A stretch of 64,000 bases of DNA from Octopus vulgaris (GCA_951406725.2 OX597816.1:15810001-15874000); one strand, 5' to 3'. Shown: positions 27,127 to 39,925, numbered from the stretch's first letter. Numbers and translations are program-made. Notes: generated from the sequence alone by a model not told the origin.

Positions 27127-27368
27127 CAGAGGAATATATGAATTAATGGCACTTAAACTTTTAATGAGAATACAAAGAGCTAGAACATAAACTGCTTGTT
27201 AATCCTCCTTAATCTTCTGCCTGTAAGTATCATTAACAAATATTGGACTTTTAGTAATTCTAGCAATATTTCAAGTCGTTATAGCACCAAGTTATGGCTT
27301 CACCCTTTTGATGTCTTCTGGCCTTGTTTTAAAAGTGATCTCAGTTAACAGCTTTCATGAAGATTGAA

Positions 27369-27555
27369 TACTCTTTACTCTTACTTGTTTCAGTCATTTG
27401 ACTGTGGCCATGCTGGAGCACCACCTTTAGTTGAGCAAATCGACCCCAGGACTTATTCTTTGTAAGCCTAGTACTTATCCCATCGGTCTCTTTTTGCCAA
27501 ACTGCTAAGTTACAGAAACGTAAACACACCAGTGATGTTGGGGGGACAAACACAG

Positions 27556-27611
<56 letters not shown>

Positions 27612-27777
27612 CCACATACATAATCACACATATATATACGACGGGCTTCTTTCAGTTTCCGTCCACCAAATCCACTCACAAGGCTTTGGTCGGCCTGAGG
27701 CTATAGTAGAAGACACTTGCCGAAGGTGTCACGTGGTTGGTAAGCAAGCTACTTACCACACAGCCACTCCTGCACCT
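27369..27777 (-). mobile_element. SINE family A
   Basis: Reverse copy with small internal deletions. Confidence 0.85.
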
Positions 27778-27984
27778 ATTGAATGTTGATTTATTTTCCA
27801 AATACAGATTAATAATGATAAAGTCTGTCAGCATCATCATTGTTGTTTAATGGTCATCATCCATGCTGGCATCGGTTTAGTAATTTGACTGGTGCTGAAT
27901 GCGACTCTCTGGCTTAATCAGATCCAATGTTTGCCTTGGCATGGTTTCTACAGTTAGATACCCTTCCTAATCCCAGCTACTTTA

Positions 27985-28198
27985 CAAGGGGATGCTGAGA
28001 GGTTCCTGGTTTTAAGGGTATTGCGAATGGCCCGGTTGAAGGCCCAACCTTTTGAGTTCTTTTACAGGGCTTAGAAAAACTGAAGGACTGCTGCAATAAA
28101 TGTGTGAATCTGAGAGGGGAATATGTTGAATAAAATCATAATTAATTGATCCTCATGCATTTTCTTTTACCCAAAGCCAGGAACTTTTCAGCACCCAC
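27985..28198 (+). mobile_element. Mariner deletion derivative retaining the transposase C-terminus
   Basis: TIRs gggatgctgagaggttcctggtttt / aaagccaggaacttttcagcaccc; encodes GLEKLKDCCNKCVNLRGEYVE*, matching the typical mariner end (KC...G(D/E)YVE). Confidence 0.8.
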
Positions 28199-28935
28199 AG
28201 AGTTTACTGGGTGCTTTTTCATAGTATCAGCACTAGCAAAGCTAGCAAGTAATTTGTAAGATAATAACCGTTGGAGTAAATATTGAGAGAAGTGGTTTTA
28301 TGACAGGTGACAAGAGGTTAAAGTATGATAGAGGAACAGGAACAGATGTCTTGCTGTAGAGGGGGTACATGGCTACTCAGCTGGAAAAAGAGAAAAGTTA
28401 GCAGTGATGAAGTGTCAGGGCATACCCTCAAGATACAAGAAAGTGAATATGAGAGAGAACAGGGGCCAAGAATCACAAAGATAGATCGGCAAGTGAGTGA
28501 GTGTGAAAGGAGCGTGAGAGCTGGTTAGAGATGGGAAGAGAAATGAATACAGTGATTGGTGAAAATGAATGCAATTTGTGGGGAGAAGGTGGAGGAAACA
28601 GGAGTGGGTTAGAAAAGGGGTGGGGGTAGTTTCAAATATTAAGTGAATTAAAGGTGGTGTATTACAACAGAAAAATGGTAATGGAAAGGTTAAAGAAACG
28701 ATATCTTTTTGTGAAATTTTTAGTGGACAAAAGCCTTCAATAATTGACAGTTATCATGAGAAAAGAAAATTGTAAACCTGCATTCAGTTAATTAGATAAT
28801 TTATTGAAAGTTTAAAGACATTGACAAGAATTACTTTAATGAGTTCGGTAATGCAGAATTGAAAATTCTGATAACTAAACGAAACATAATTCCCCCCCAC
28901 CCACCCATTCACTTTTTTTTTTTTTTTTTGTTAAA

Positions 28936-30180
28936 ATCAAATGCTTTTATCATTTCACTGAAGTTAATTCTCTCTTCAAGTTCTCTCTCTCAATACTCGA
29001 GATTTCTAGGTCATTCAGTTTTTCGTGTGTCATTAAATGCCTCAAGAATTTCTTGATTAGCTTCAGATTGTTGCAAGATCTTTCTCGCAGCAGATGCTAT
29101 CATAACAGTCAACCTGCAAAATATTAACTCTGCAGTACATTCACCTGAGAAAACGTAATTTAATTTATACATCTTTATTTCTTAATCTAAAAGCTGACGA
29201 GGCCCCATGTCTTCAAATTTGTATTATGAAAACTAACTTTGTGCGTTGGACAAAATGCTTAGTGGCTTTTCTCCCAGCTCTTTACTCTCTGAGTTCAAAT
29301 CCTGATGAGGTCAGCTTTGCTTTTCATCCCTTCATCTATAAAATGAAAAACCAATCAAGTACTGGGGTCAATGTGACTAACTTGTCCCCTCCCTTCAAAA
29401 TTGCTGGACGGGAACTTTTGAATTGGGTAGCATCCTATTTATGGGAATGTTGTTATTTTGGTCAATTACACACCATGGCAGCCAAGTGACCAGCCTTATG
29501 CATTCTAAGACTCATCATCATCATCATTTAACATCTGCTTTCCATGCTAGCATGGGTTGGACGATCTGACTGAGGGCTGGTAAACCAGATGGCTACACCA
29601 GGCTTCAATCTTGATCTGGCAGAGTTTCTACAACTGGAGGCCCTTCCTAATGCCAACCACTCTGAGAGTGTAGTGGGTGCTTTTATGTGCCACCGGCACA
29701 GGGCCAGTCAGGCAGTACTGGCAATGACCTCACTTGAATCCTTTACACATGCCACCAGCACAGGTCAAGATAAAAAAAAAATCGTAAATTACTTCATTTC
29801 CTCCAGTAGGGATTCTAAAAGTCCATCTGGATATTTATCCAATATTTTTGTATATGTCCACTTGAGTTCATAGTATTTCATTCTTCGATATTACCACAGA
29901 TAGCTGCAAAATCTATTTATTGTAGACATTGATTGCCAGACTGTCAAATCACTTTGGCACTCTGGCAATTACTGACAACAAAAAAGACATCCATTTCAAA
30001 TTCAGATTCACCAAAGCCACCACAAAGATGACCATTTCCAGAAATTCTTTGGCTCAACATCATCCTCAGTGATGATAAATCTTGTTCTTTTGTTTACCTT
30101 CTATTTTGATAGGTGAGGTGACTTGATTTTAATTGCTTCAGTAACCAGTTTAACTTAGTTTAAAATTTATCACTCTATTC
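28936..30180 (-). pseudogene. hAT transposase relic (C-terminal dimerisation domain), interrupted by SINEs
   Basis: 29116-28936 reads, with one frameshift, LTVMIASA/ERSCNNLKLIKKFLRHLMTHEKLNDLEISSIERELEERINFSEMIKAFD, matching the hATC motif ASAERSFSKLKLIK.YLRS.M..ERL. The upstream part (29780-30180) is weaker. Confidence 0.7.
29513..29765 (-). mobile_element. Family C copy
   Basis: Same tail as other C copies. Confidence 0.8.
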
Positions 30181-30196
30181 CTCATAAATCTTCAAC

Positions 30197-30800
30197 ATCA
30201 TCATCATCATTTAACGTCAGCTTTCCATGCTATCATGGGTTGGACAATCTGACTGAGGGCTGGCGAACCAGATGGCTGCACCAGGCTCCAATCTTGATCT
30301 GGCAGAGTTTCTACAGCTGGATGCTCTTCCTAACACCAACCACTCCGAGAGTGTAGTGTGTGCTTTTTACATGCCACCGGAAGGGGGCCAGTCAGGCAGT
30401 ACTGGCAATGACCTTGCTTGAATCTTTTTACACATTCCACCGACACAGGTGCCAGAAAGGCGACACTGGTAACGACCACGCTCGAATGGTGCCTTTTGTG
30501 TGTCACCGGCACAGAAGCCAGTTAGCCACTCTGGCAACGATCATGCTCGGATGGTGCTCTTAGCACCCAACTAGCACGGGGCACAAGTGCCAGTAAGGCG
30601 ACGCTGGTAACGATCACACTCGAATGGTGCCTTTTATGTGCCACCGTCACAGAAGCCAGTTAGCTGCTCTGGCAACGATCACGCTCAGATGGTGCTCTTA
30701 GCACCCAACTAGCACGGGGCACAAGTGCCAGTAAGGCGACGCTGGTAAGAATCACATTCGAATGGTGCCTTTTATGTGCCACTAACACAGAAACGGAAGC
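30197..30800 (-). mobile_element. Family C copy with internal tandem repeats of about 120-140 bp
   Basis: ggtaacgatcac(a/g)ctcgaatggtgcc recurs at about 30468, 30606 and 30744. Confidence 0.85.
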
Positions 30801-31660
30801 ACGTTGTTTAAAAGTGACTTGAGGTTTGCCATCTCCATGACCACCATGTAGAGGCTCACCACTTCTACACCCACTGTGTAGAAATTTGTGACTGACCTCC
30901 TAATCCACCATGTAGAGGTTTGTTACCTCAATGTCCACTGTAGCTTCTCTTGCTTGGACGATCCGACTTCTTCCATTGATCTGTCCGAGAAGCTTCAGCC
31001 ACATCAATGACATAAGAATAGAAATGGAAGAGGACGTGTATGTCGTTAAATTATTGATTTCCTAAACGTTTCTTTTTTAGCTTTAGTTTAAGTAACAGAA
31101 ATTTCTTTAGTGCAAGTCTTATTACAGTAAGACGAGCTGTATGTAAATTGCCTCTCAATTTTCACTGTCTGTGGTGGGATTTGCACACACTATCCATGGA
31201 AAAAGCTTTGCATTAAAGACCAAAAAAAAAAATAATAAAGCTGTAGACTGTTTACATAACTTCAAAAAAGTTTCGTTTTGCATATTTATTTGCTCATTAG
31301 CCATTAATTATTAATAATTTGCTTGATTCCTGAATCAATAGGTGATGTAAATAAGTAACTTATGAAATTCAGTAAGGTCAAGTTAAGTAAGTTTTGTTGT
31401 TTTAGTTGTATTTAATTAAAATTAATGAGATACAGAAAATAAGATATTGATAAATGATAAAAACATAATATTGCATTATTTAACAAAACTATAACTCATC
31501 CCCTTGATATGAAGTTTAACTCTGCATCCTACGCCTAGCACAATATCCATATCATGTTAAGCATCAAAGTGAAAGTATGTTGATTATAAAGATAAAACTT
31601 TAGCTTTTAAGTATTATGAAGCATTTGTAAGATTTTAAATGTTACAAATAGTTTATAAGT

Positions 31661-31826
31661 AGGCGTAAGAGTGGCTGTGTAGTAACTAGCTTGCTTACGA
31701 ACCACATGGTTCCGGGTTCAGTCCCACTGTGTGGCACCTTGGGTTAGTGTCTTTTACTATAGCCTCAGGCCAACCAAAGCCTTGTGAGTGGATTTGGTAG
31801 ATGGAAACTGAGAGAAGCCCACTGTG

Positions 31827-31913
<87 letters not shown>

Positions 31914-32115
31914 TTGTGAGTCTGTGTTTGTCCCCCAACATTGCTTGACAACTGATGCTGGTGTGTTTACGTCCCCGTAACTTAGTGGTTCAGCAAAAGA
32001 GACTGATAGAATAAGTACTAGGCTTACAAAGAATAAGTCGTAGGGTCGATTTGTTCAACTAAAGGCAGTGCTCCAGCATGGCCACAATCAAATGACTGAA
32101 ACAAGTAAAAGAGTA
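31661..32115 (+). mobile_element. SINE family A
   Basis: Full length. Confidence 0.9.
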
Positions 32116-32315
32116 ATCCTTAAAAGCCTTGTTGTAACCAAGGAAATATGTGATTGGTTTCAAACTTTGGCACCGTTCTGGGGGAGGGGGTAAGTCAATC
32201 ACCTTGAGCCCCCACTGTTCAAATGGTACTTACTTTAATGACCCCAAAAAGGATGAAAGGAAAAGTTGACCTCTGCAGAATTTGAAATCAAAACATAAAA
32301 ACAAACAAAATGTCA

Positions 32316-32543
32316 TTAACGCATTAGCATTTAAACTGGCCATATCGGGCCAAATGTATTCTGCCTATTTTGTGTTCAAACTGGCCAGATCTGGCCTCTC
32401 ACACCAACCCTACAATGACATTTTAATAATTAACAGCTACCTCATCAAAATCTCATAGCTACAAGATATGCATGATTAGTTCAAAACAAAGTGGATAAAA
32501 AAGCATTAATTTTGGCAGAATAATGCAAACACTAAAGAGTTAA
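32316..32543 (-). mobile_element. piggyBac-type MITE family 2, inside a SINE B
   Basis: TTAA flanks; homologous to 7506-7949. Confidence 0.7.
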
Positions 32544-33076
32544 GCATTTTGCCTGTTATCCTAACGATTCTGCCTGTTAATTGCTTGTAAATATGATATT
32601 AAGAACAATCGAACCATTTTTATATTGCAGTCGCTTCTACACATTTAGAGGCCACAGCTTTGGTACAATGGACAAGTATTAGAATGCAGCAAGAAAGAAT
32701 TACAAGACAGGTTTTTCAAGCCAAGCCAACTGGCAAGAGACCTGGTTGTAGGCCAGGAATGAGATGGTTGGATAATATCCATAGTCATGGTTGGCTGTAC
32801 TTGAAAATCTAACCAGAAAGTGTAATGATGGTTGTCTCTGATAGGAGCCTACGAAAGGGGTGCCTGAGGACTCTACCCCAACGACCATCCCATGAATAGT
32901 GGGTGGAGAAAATGGATGGACAGAGGGAAGAACAACTGATGATGAAATATTTATATTTGTTTGCTTTGAACATTTAACACTGGAAGTACCTCAGACGTTT
33001 GTCTGAGGTACTTGTCCAGGAGTACCCTGGTCTAATGTCAGCTGATATAATTAAAAGGAATGGTTGTTTAGAGCAT

Positions 33077-33565
33077 CTAACCCTTTCAATACCAACCTGG
33101 CTGAAACCAACTCTGGTTCTGTAGTACAAATCTCTTGATTTCAAAAGTTTTGAATTAAAATCTTCCACCAAACCTTAGTCACAATTTATGTTTGTATCAC
33201 TAGCTTAATGACAACTAATTTATTTTACCAAATTCTTTGTTATATTTAAAATTAATTGAAAGAAACACAGAGCATCTCAACAGAAATATGGTAACAAAAG
33301 GGTTAAAATATATAATAGAGAAACAATTCTTAACCCTTTTGATACCAACCCAGCTGAAACCGCCTCTGGCTCAGTAGTGCAAATGTTTTGTTTTCATAAA
33401 TTTTGAATTAAAATCTGCCACCAAACCTTAGTCACAATTTATGTTCCTAACACTAGATTAATGATAACTAAGTTATTTTACCAAATTCTTCATTATATTT
33501 AAAATTAATTGGAAAAAAAAAAAACACAGAGCATCTCAAAATAAATACAGTAACAAAAGGGTTAA
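33077..33565 (-). mobile_element. piggyBac-type MITE family 1 dimer
   Basis: Two copies with a 23-bp spacer identical to 22749-22771. Confidence 0.85.
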
Positions 33566-33608
33566 AGGTGTTGGACACCATTTAGTTAATCATGTGTATG
33601 GTATGGCA

Positions 33609-33846
33609 AGGCGGCGAGCTGGCAGAAACGTTAGTGCACCAGGTGAAATGCTTAACGGTATTTCGTCTTTCGCTACATTCTGAGTTCAAATTCCGCCAAG
33701 GTCAACTTTGCCTTTCATCCTTTCGAGGTCGATAAATTAAGTACCAGTTATGCACTGGGGTTGATATAATCAACTTAATCCGTTTGTCTGTCCTTGTTTG
33801 TCCCCTCTGTGTTTAGCCCCTTGTGGACAGTAAAGAAATAGGTATT
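33609..33846 (+). mobile_element. SINE family B
   Basis: Near-consensus copy. Confidence 0.85.
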
Positions 33847-34324
33847 GTGGTGGATCAGCTGATTGATCAAGCGGTTGGTAGCATTATCGATGATGACCAC
33901 CCATATTGACCGACAGCAGCAGATAGACTCTACTGTAGATCTAATCATGTGGCTGGTAGTGAAGTCAGTGATATTCATTCACTGATGCAAATATTGCCAG
34001 ATGGCTCTGTTTTAGGAAAATCATTTACTTAGCAGTGTTATTAATGTTTGTTCTCTTTGATAGATATCATCTGACAGTTTTGTTTTGAAAATTATGTGGT
34101 TAGTTGTGTTGGCAATAATTTCTATTCCTTTTGATAGATATGACTTTTATGGAGAGAATTAAGTAAGTATTGTGATGAGGGGAGCGATTTTTTTAATACA
34201 AAGTTATTAGATTTTTGCACGATATGGTGGAATTCTATCATTTGAGAGGCCTCGAACAGACTAATCTAGCATCGCCTTTAAATTATAAATAGGCCCTCGT
34301 GTGTGCATTCATTAAAAGACCCAA

Positions 34325-34660
34325 TCCTTGTTGTGGGAGAGTGGCTTGTGTGTCCCAATGACCCTGAGAGCTATACCAATGGAGAGGAAGCACCTGGTAG
34401 GGCATTCTTGCTGGACAGGTCAAAGGTTAGTGGCCAGACTAATAAGTTACAGAAATATTAATAACAATTAAAAGCCAACAAAACCGGACAGAGGAAGGTT
34501 TTGGCACAGGGAAACATAATTCCCTAAAAATAGTTGGAAGCAGGGTTCTGGGATAGAGCTGAAAAAGCTACTAGAGAGAAGTCAAGAAGGGAGCTCAGTG
34601 TAGAGAACAGTAGCAAAAAAGTCATTGATGATCTATGCTCAACAGGAAACAAAGGTTTCA
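34325..34660 (+). mobile_element. Internally deleted RTE-type element
   Basis: 5' ccttgttgtgggagagtggcttgtgtgtcccaatgaccctgagagctata resembles RTE/BovB-type 5' ends; the 3' part encodes WDRAEK...IDDLCSTG, resembling an RTE C-terminus. Confidence 0.45.
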
Positions 34661-35179
34661 AGTGTGTATGGAGTCAGTTGTATATTTACAAGTTCAACCT
34701 GTCTCTCAGAAGTTTTGTCAAATTACTACTTTATAATTTGTGGTGACAAGGCATAATCCATCCCACATTTTATACACTCTCATGTCTTTCACATGCTTCT
34801 CATATGATGATGATGATCATCATCATCATCGTTGAACGTCTGCTTTCCATGCTATAATGGGCTGGACGATTTGATGAGGACTGGCAAACCAGATGGCTGC
34901 ACCAGGCTCCAATCTGATCATTTTGTGTTAATTTTAACATCAACATCCCTATGTCATTCATGCAAATCTTTATTTCTTCTTAATCTTCTATGTATAATCA
35001 TTAACAAGCAGCCTAGACATCTCTTGACAGATTTGAGCTGTTATTAGAAACAGTGTCTTCGTAAACATTATCCAATGAAGAGGTGACAACTTAATCTCCT
35101 TCAACAGCTTTAAGACACAATCTCTTCACCTGATCAACACCTAATTAGAGTTCTCAGACTTGCTACTAATACTAAAGCT

Positions 35180-35415
35180 AACAATCCTAGACCATCCCTC
35201 ATGGCAACCTCATGCATGTAACAAACAAAACTGTATCTCAAAGACCAGGCTTTATATATTCAGGGCTACAGAATACTTCAGCTCAAGCTAGATACTGATC
35301 TTTTACAAAGCTCAAGTAAATCCTGTATCAAACGACTGAAGCTACACACAAACAGCATCGATGGAATGAAAAAGAAAGTCATTTAGCAGAGTTCAAATAC
35401 TCATCATGATGGAAC
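35180..35415 (+). pseudogene. Possible decayed GIY-YIG endonuclease (Penelope-like)
   Basis: Pieces across frames: RPGFIY, IFY, SSKSCIKRLKLHTNSI, ESHLAE. Weak. Confidence 0.25.
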
Positions 35416-35471
35416 AATCTCTAATGCATGAGCACTGTTGTTTTTCTATCTTCTATAATTATTACAATGTC

Positions 35472-36165
35472 TGGGCCTCATGGAGGCAAAGTAGTTGAGT
35501 TCCTTCTGAGCAATCGGCCTCACAGGGGCAAAGAAGCTGAGTTCCTTTTGAGCATTGGGCCTTGCAGAGGCAAAGTGGCTGGGTTCCTTTCAAGCATTGG
35601 GCCTCGTAGAGACAAAGTAGCTGAGTTCCTTTTGAGCATTGGGCCTCGTGGAGGCAAAGTGGCTGAGTTCTTTTCAAGCATTGGGCCTCGTAGAGACAAA
35701 GTAGCTGAGTTCCTTTTGAACATTGGGCCTCGTGGAGGCAAAGTGGCTGAGTTCTTTTCAAGCATTGGGCCTCGTAGAGACAAAGTAGCTGAGTTCCTTT
35801 TGAGCATTGGGCCTCGTGGAGGCAAAGTGGCTGAGTTCTTTTCAAGCATTGGGCCTCGTAGAGACAAAGTAGCTGAGTTACTTTTGAGCATTGGGCCTCA
35901 TGGAGGCAAAGTGGCTGAGTTCTTTTCAAGCATTGGGCCTCGTAGAGACAAAGTAGCTGAGTTCCTTTTGAGCATTGGGCCTCGTGGAGGCAAAGTGGCT
36001 GAGTTCTTTTCAAACATTGGGCCTCGTAGAGACAAAGTAGCTGAGTTACTTTTGAGCATTGGGCCTCGTGGAGGCAAAGTGGCTAAGTTCCTTTCAAGTG
36101 TTGGGCCTTGCGGAGGCAAAGTGGCTGAGTTCCTTTCGAGCGATGGGCCTCACAGAGGCAATGAC
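35472..36165 (+). repeat. 30-bp minisatellite (about 23 units) with alternating A/B 60-bp higher-order structure
   Basis: Units gggcctcgtggaggcaaagtggctgagttcttttcaagcatt and gggcctcgtagagacaaagtagctgagttccttttgagcatt alternate; counted by eye, so the exact period needs confirming. Confidence 0.9.
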
Positions 36166-36445
36166 TGAGACATTTGGCATTATGTCATGCTCGAGAAGAA
36201 GACCCATCATGCCAAGCAAAATCACAGCCATGGCAGATACTGGTGTCACACAAATGGCACCCATGCTGGTGGCACATAAAAGCACCCATTACACTCTTGG
36301 AGTGGATAGCATTAGGAAGGGCATCCAGCCATAGAAAACCATTCCAAATCAGACTGGAGTCTAGTGCAACCTTCCAGCTTACCAGCCCTGGTCAAACCAT
36401 CCAACCCATGCCAGCATAGACAACAGACATTAAATGATGATGATG
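36135..36445 (+). mobile_element. RTE LINE 3' end (family C tail) contiguous with the minisatellite
   Basis: GLTEAMT / LWHYVMLEKKT then the family C 3' UTR and (GAT)n. Confidence 0.75.
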
Positions 36446-36964
36446 ATGGTGATGATAATGATGTATATCAACTGCAACTACCTCACTAGACACAAAGAGC
36501 CTTGAATAGCTGAGAGAGATGCTTTTCCTCCCTAACTAATTAAATTAAAAAGAACATATGTTATATCATTTGGTTTAATCCATCAGTGTGAAATCTTACT
36601 GGTACTAACTGCATTTTATTTTTCCAGAGTTGGCAAAATAGATGCCATTTCATAAACCCTTTCTTGCCAAAACTGATCTTCTACTAACTTCAGTCAAGTC
36701 TTTACTCGGCAAGCAAATAAACAAATGAACTGATTGTTTAAACTAGAATTATCTAAAAGGATCTCACAGACAATGAACAATATCATTGCTTCAGATATTA
36801 ATGATAAAAATGACACACTGAAGACTCTTTCAACTGTTTGAATGGACTGATGGTCCAATGTATTTAACAAACGTCAAAAAGACATACAAGCGAATGAATA
36901 TGTCTAACAGAGAAAATTAGCTTTGCATGGTCTGTAGGAAAGTGATGTATGTGATAATCACAAA

Positions 36965-37890
36965 AATGGTTTCAAATTTTGGCACAAGGCCTGCTATCTC
37001 AGGGGAAGGGGTAAGTCAGTTTACATCAACCCCAGTGCCCAACTGGTATTTATTTTAAGGATCCCGAATGGATGAAGGCAAAGTCAACCATGGCAGAATT
37101 TGAACTCAGAACATGAAGATGGATGAAATATCACTAAGCATTTTGTCTGGTGTGCTAATGCTTCTGCCAGCTTGCCACCTTAATAATGATAATAATAATA
37201 ACAATAATAATCCTTTCTACTGGAGGCACAAGGCCTCAGATTTGTGGGGAAGGGATAAGTTGATTACACAGACCCCAGTGTTTCACTGGTACTTAATTTA
37301 TCGACCCCAAAAGGATGGAAAGCAAAGTTGACCTCAGAACATAGCAACAGGCGAAATAATGCAAAGCATTTTGTCCAGCATGCTCACAATTCTGCTAGCT
37401 CATTGCCTTTATAATAATAATAATAATAATAATCCTTTCTACTAAAGGCAAATTTTGTGGGGAGGGGACTAGTGAAATACATCGACCCCAGTATATCACT
37501 GGTACTTAATTTATCAACCTTGAAAGGATGAAAAGCAAAGCTGACCTCGGTGGAATTAGAACTCAGAACATAAAGACAGACAAAATGTCGCTAAGCATTT
37601 TGCCTGTCATGGTAACCATTTTTCCAGCTTGCTGCCTTGATGCCCTTCATAAAAACAACGACAATAATAATTATAATCCTTTCTACTGAAAGCACAAGGC
37701 CTGAAATTTGGGGGAAGGGATTAAGTCAATTACATTGACTCCAGTATACAACTGGTACTTAATTTATCAATCCCGAAAGGATGAAAGGCAAAGTCAATCA
37801 GCGGAGTTTGAACTCAGAACATAGTGGCAGATGAAATACCGCTAAGCATTTCACACGGTGTGCTAATGATTCTGTCAGCTCACTGCCCTA
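36965..37890 (-). mobile_element. Four head-to-tail SINE B copies separated by (AAT)n
   Basis: Repeated core and head at about 37000, 37250, 37470 and 37720. Confidence 0.85.
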
Positions 37891-38222
37891 ATAATTTTAA
37901 TAATGAGAATTGTATAAAGTGCTCAGGTCCACTACAACTCTTCAGAAAAAGACAAAAAGAGGGGACAGAAGGGGCAAATAAGTAAAGAAAGGCAGCAATG
38001 ATAGAAATCCATGCACAGTTCACATAATAAAAGACAAGAAGACTGGCAAAGATTGGGCCTCGTGGAGGCAAAGTAAAAGAGGCCTGAACAAGAAAGGATG
38101 CATAGGTCCATCAGTAATGTTGGGGAATTTCAGGAAGGAAAGGATTTTTGAAGGTTACAGTGTCCTGACAACTAATAACTGATGCAGGTAGTATATTCCA
38201 TGCTTCAACAAATTGAAAGCAT
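37890..38222 (-). mobile_element. CR1/L2-type LINE 3' end
   Basis: Encodes EAWNILPASVISCQDTVTFK (WN.LP..V...FK motif); the tail gtggacctgagcactttatacaa is shared with about 42185 and about 46135. Confidence 0.65.
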
Positions 38223-38263
38223 ATATATCTGTATATATCTGTGTGTGTGTGTGTGTGTGTGTG

Positions 38264-38324
<61 letters not shown>

Positions 38325-38325
<1 letters not shown>

Positions 38326-38660
38326 CATCATCTGTTCAACGTCCATTTTCCATGCTAGCATGGTTTGGACGGTTTGACTGGGGTCTGTGAAGCCAGAAGG
38401 CTGCACCAGGCTCCAGTCTGATCTGGCAGCGTTTCTACAGCTGGATGCCCTTCCTAACGCCAACCACTCCATGAGTGTAGTGGGTGCTTTTTACGTGCCA
38501 CCAGCACAGAGGCCAGAGGAGGCTGGCAAATGGCCATGATCGGTTGGTGCTTTGTACGTGGCACCGACACAGATGCCAGTCAGGCGGCGCTGACATCAGC
38601 CCCGTTCAGATGATGCTTTTTACATACCACCGGCACGAGTATCATAACTACCATTTGATC
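38325..38660 (-). mobile_element. Family C copy
   Basis: Same tail as other C copies. Confidence 0.8.
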
Positions 38661-39296
38661 TGTATATATCTGTATATAAATGCAGATGCACAGATAGAGT
38701 TACATAATCTCTTCAGTACTCTCACAATTTATTTTCTTACATTCATAGAAGGTGTGTGATATGTATATTAAACCATAGAGAAACTCTACTGTGTATTCTC
38801 AATTAACAACCAAAACAGGCAGCTGCCAGCTTAAGGCATTGCATAAAATAAACAGTTGGTAGATTATAAATATTTATTCGGGTATTGATTAGATGTGTGC
38901 CTGCACACATTATCTCCCTTACTTGGTATTGACTCAAGATTTATTATACAAAAGGGCACAGACACGGATGGGTACCTGAAAAGTTTTACTTTGCAACCAC
39001 ATGGTTTCAGGTTCAGTCCTACTGCATGGTACCTTGAGCAAATGTCTTACCATAGTCCAGGGGCCAATCAAAGCCTTCCTGAGTGGATTTGGTATCAACT
39101 GTGGATCCCAGGGTCACTCACGACCCTCAAACATCCTTCCAGCAGCCCTTGAGGATCTACCCTCAATAAATATAATTTTTTCTTTGATTGACTTGTGTTT
39201 TATTTTGTCTGTTACAGTCCTTTAAAAAGATCCAGGTTTGGGATCATGCCATATATTAAAAAGGTTGAGACCCACTGAGCTAGGAAATAGAAGTGT

Positions 39297-39329
<33 letters not shown>

Positions 39330-39639
39330 CATCATCATCATCATCGTTTAACGTCCGCTTTCCATGCTAGCATGGGTTGGACGGTTCAACTGGGGTCTGG
39401 CAAGCCCGAAGGCTGCACCAGGCCAGTCAGATCTGGCAGTGTTTCTACAGCTAGATCTGACTGGCCTGGTGCATGTATGTATATACACACACACACACAC
39501 ACTTTTCAGTACTCTAGACAACCATTCTATTTCATTGTATCAGTTGACATTAATCCAGGGTATTCATGGATAAGTACCTTGGATTGATGTCAACTACTAC
39601 ATGATTCAAGTGTTAAATGTTCAATGAAAACAAATAGTC

Positions 39640-39684
<45 letters not shown>

Positions 39685-39685
<1 letters not shown>

Positions 39686-39870
39686 AAAATTCACAAAAAA
39701 ACAAAGGACGAAGACAGGTGGTGTAGAAAAACAGATGTTTTAGTATAACGGTCGGGAATTGTAAAAGTCTTTAATGTTTCGAGCCTATGCTCTTCCACAG
39801 AAAGGGACACAGAAAGAAACAAGGAGAGAAAAAAATGTGTCTAGTGGCTTGCGATCTATCACAGCAAATG
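39685..39870 (-). mobile_element. Penelope-like terminal fragment with a hammerhead-like motif (39769-39804)
   Basis: cttt-CTGTGGA-a-gagc(atag)gctc-GAAA-ca-TT-aaag. Confidence 0.45.
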
Positions 39871-39891
39871 ATATATATATATATATACACA

Positions 39892-39925
<34 letters not shown>

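Noticed and set aside
29194-29240. CTGACGA hammerhead start
   Set aside because: No convincing stem II or GAAA-UH arrangement follows.
35428-36168. CRISPR-like array or a real 246-aa protein gene
   Set aside because: Units are contiguous with no unique spacers, there are no cas genes and the context is eukaryotic. The ORF follows from in-frame, stop-free tandem units, so it is kept only as a repeat finding.
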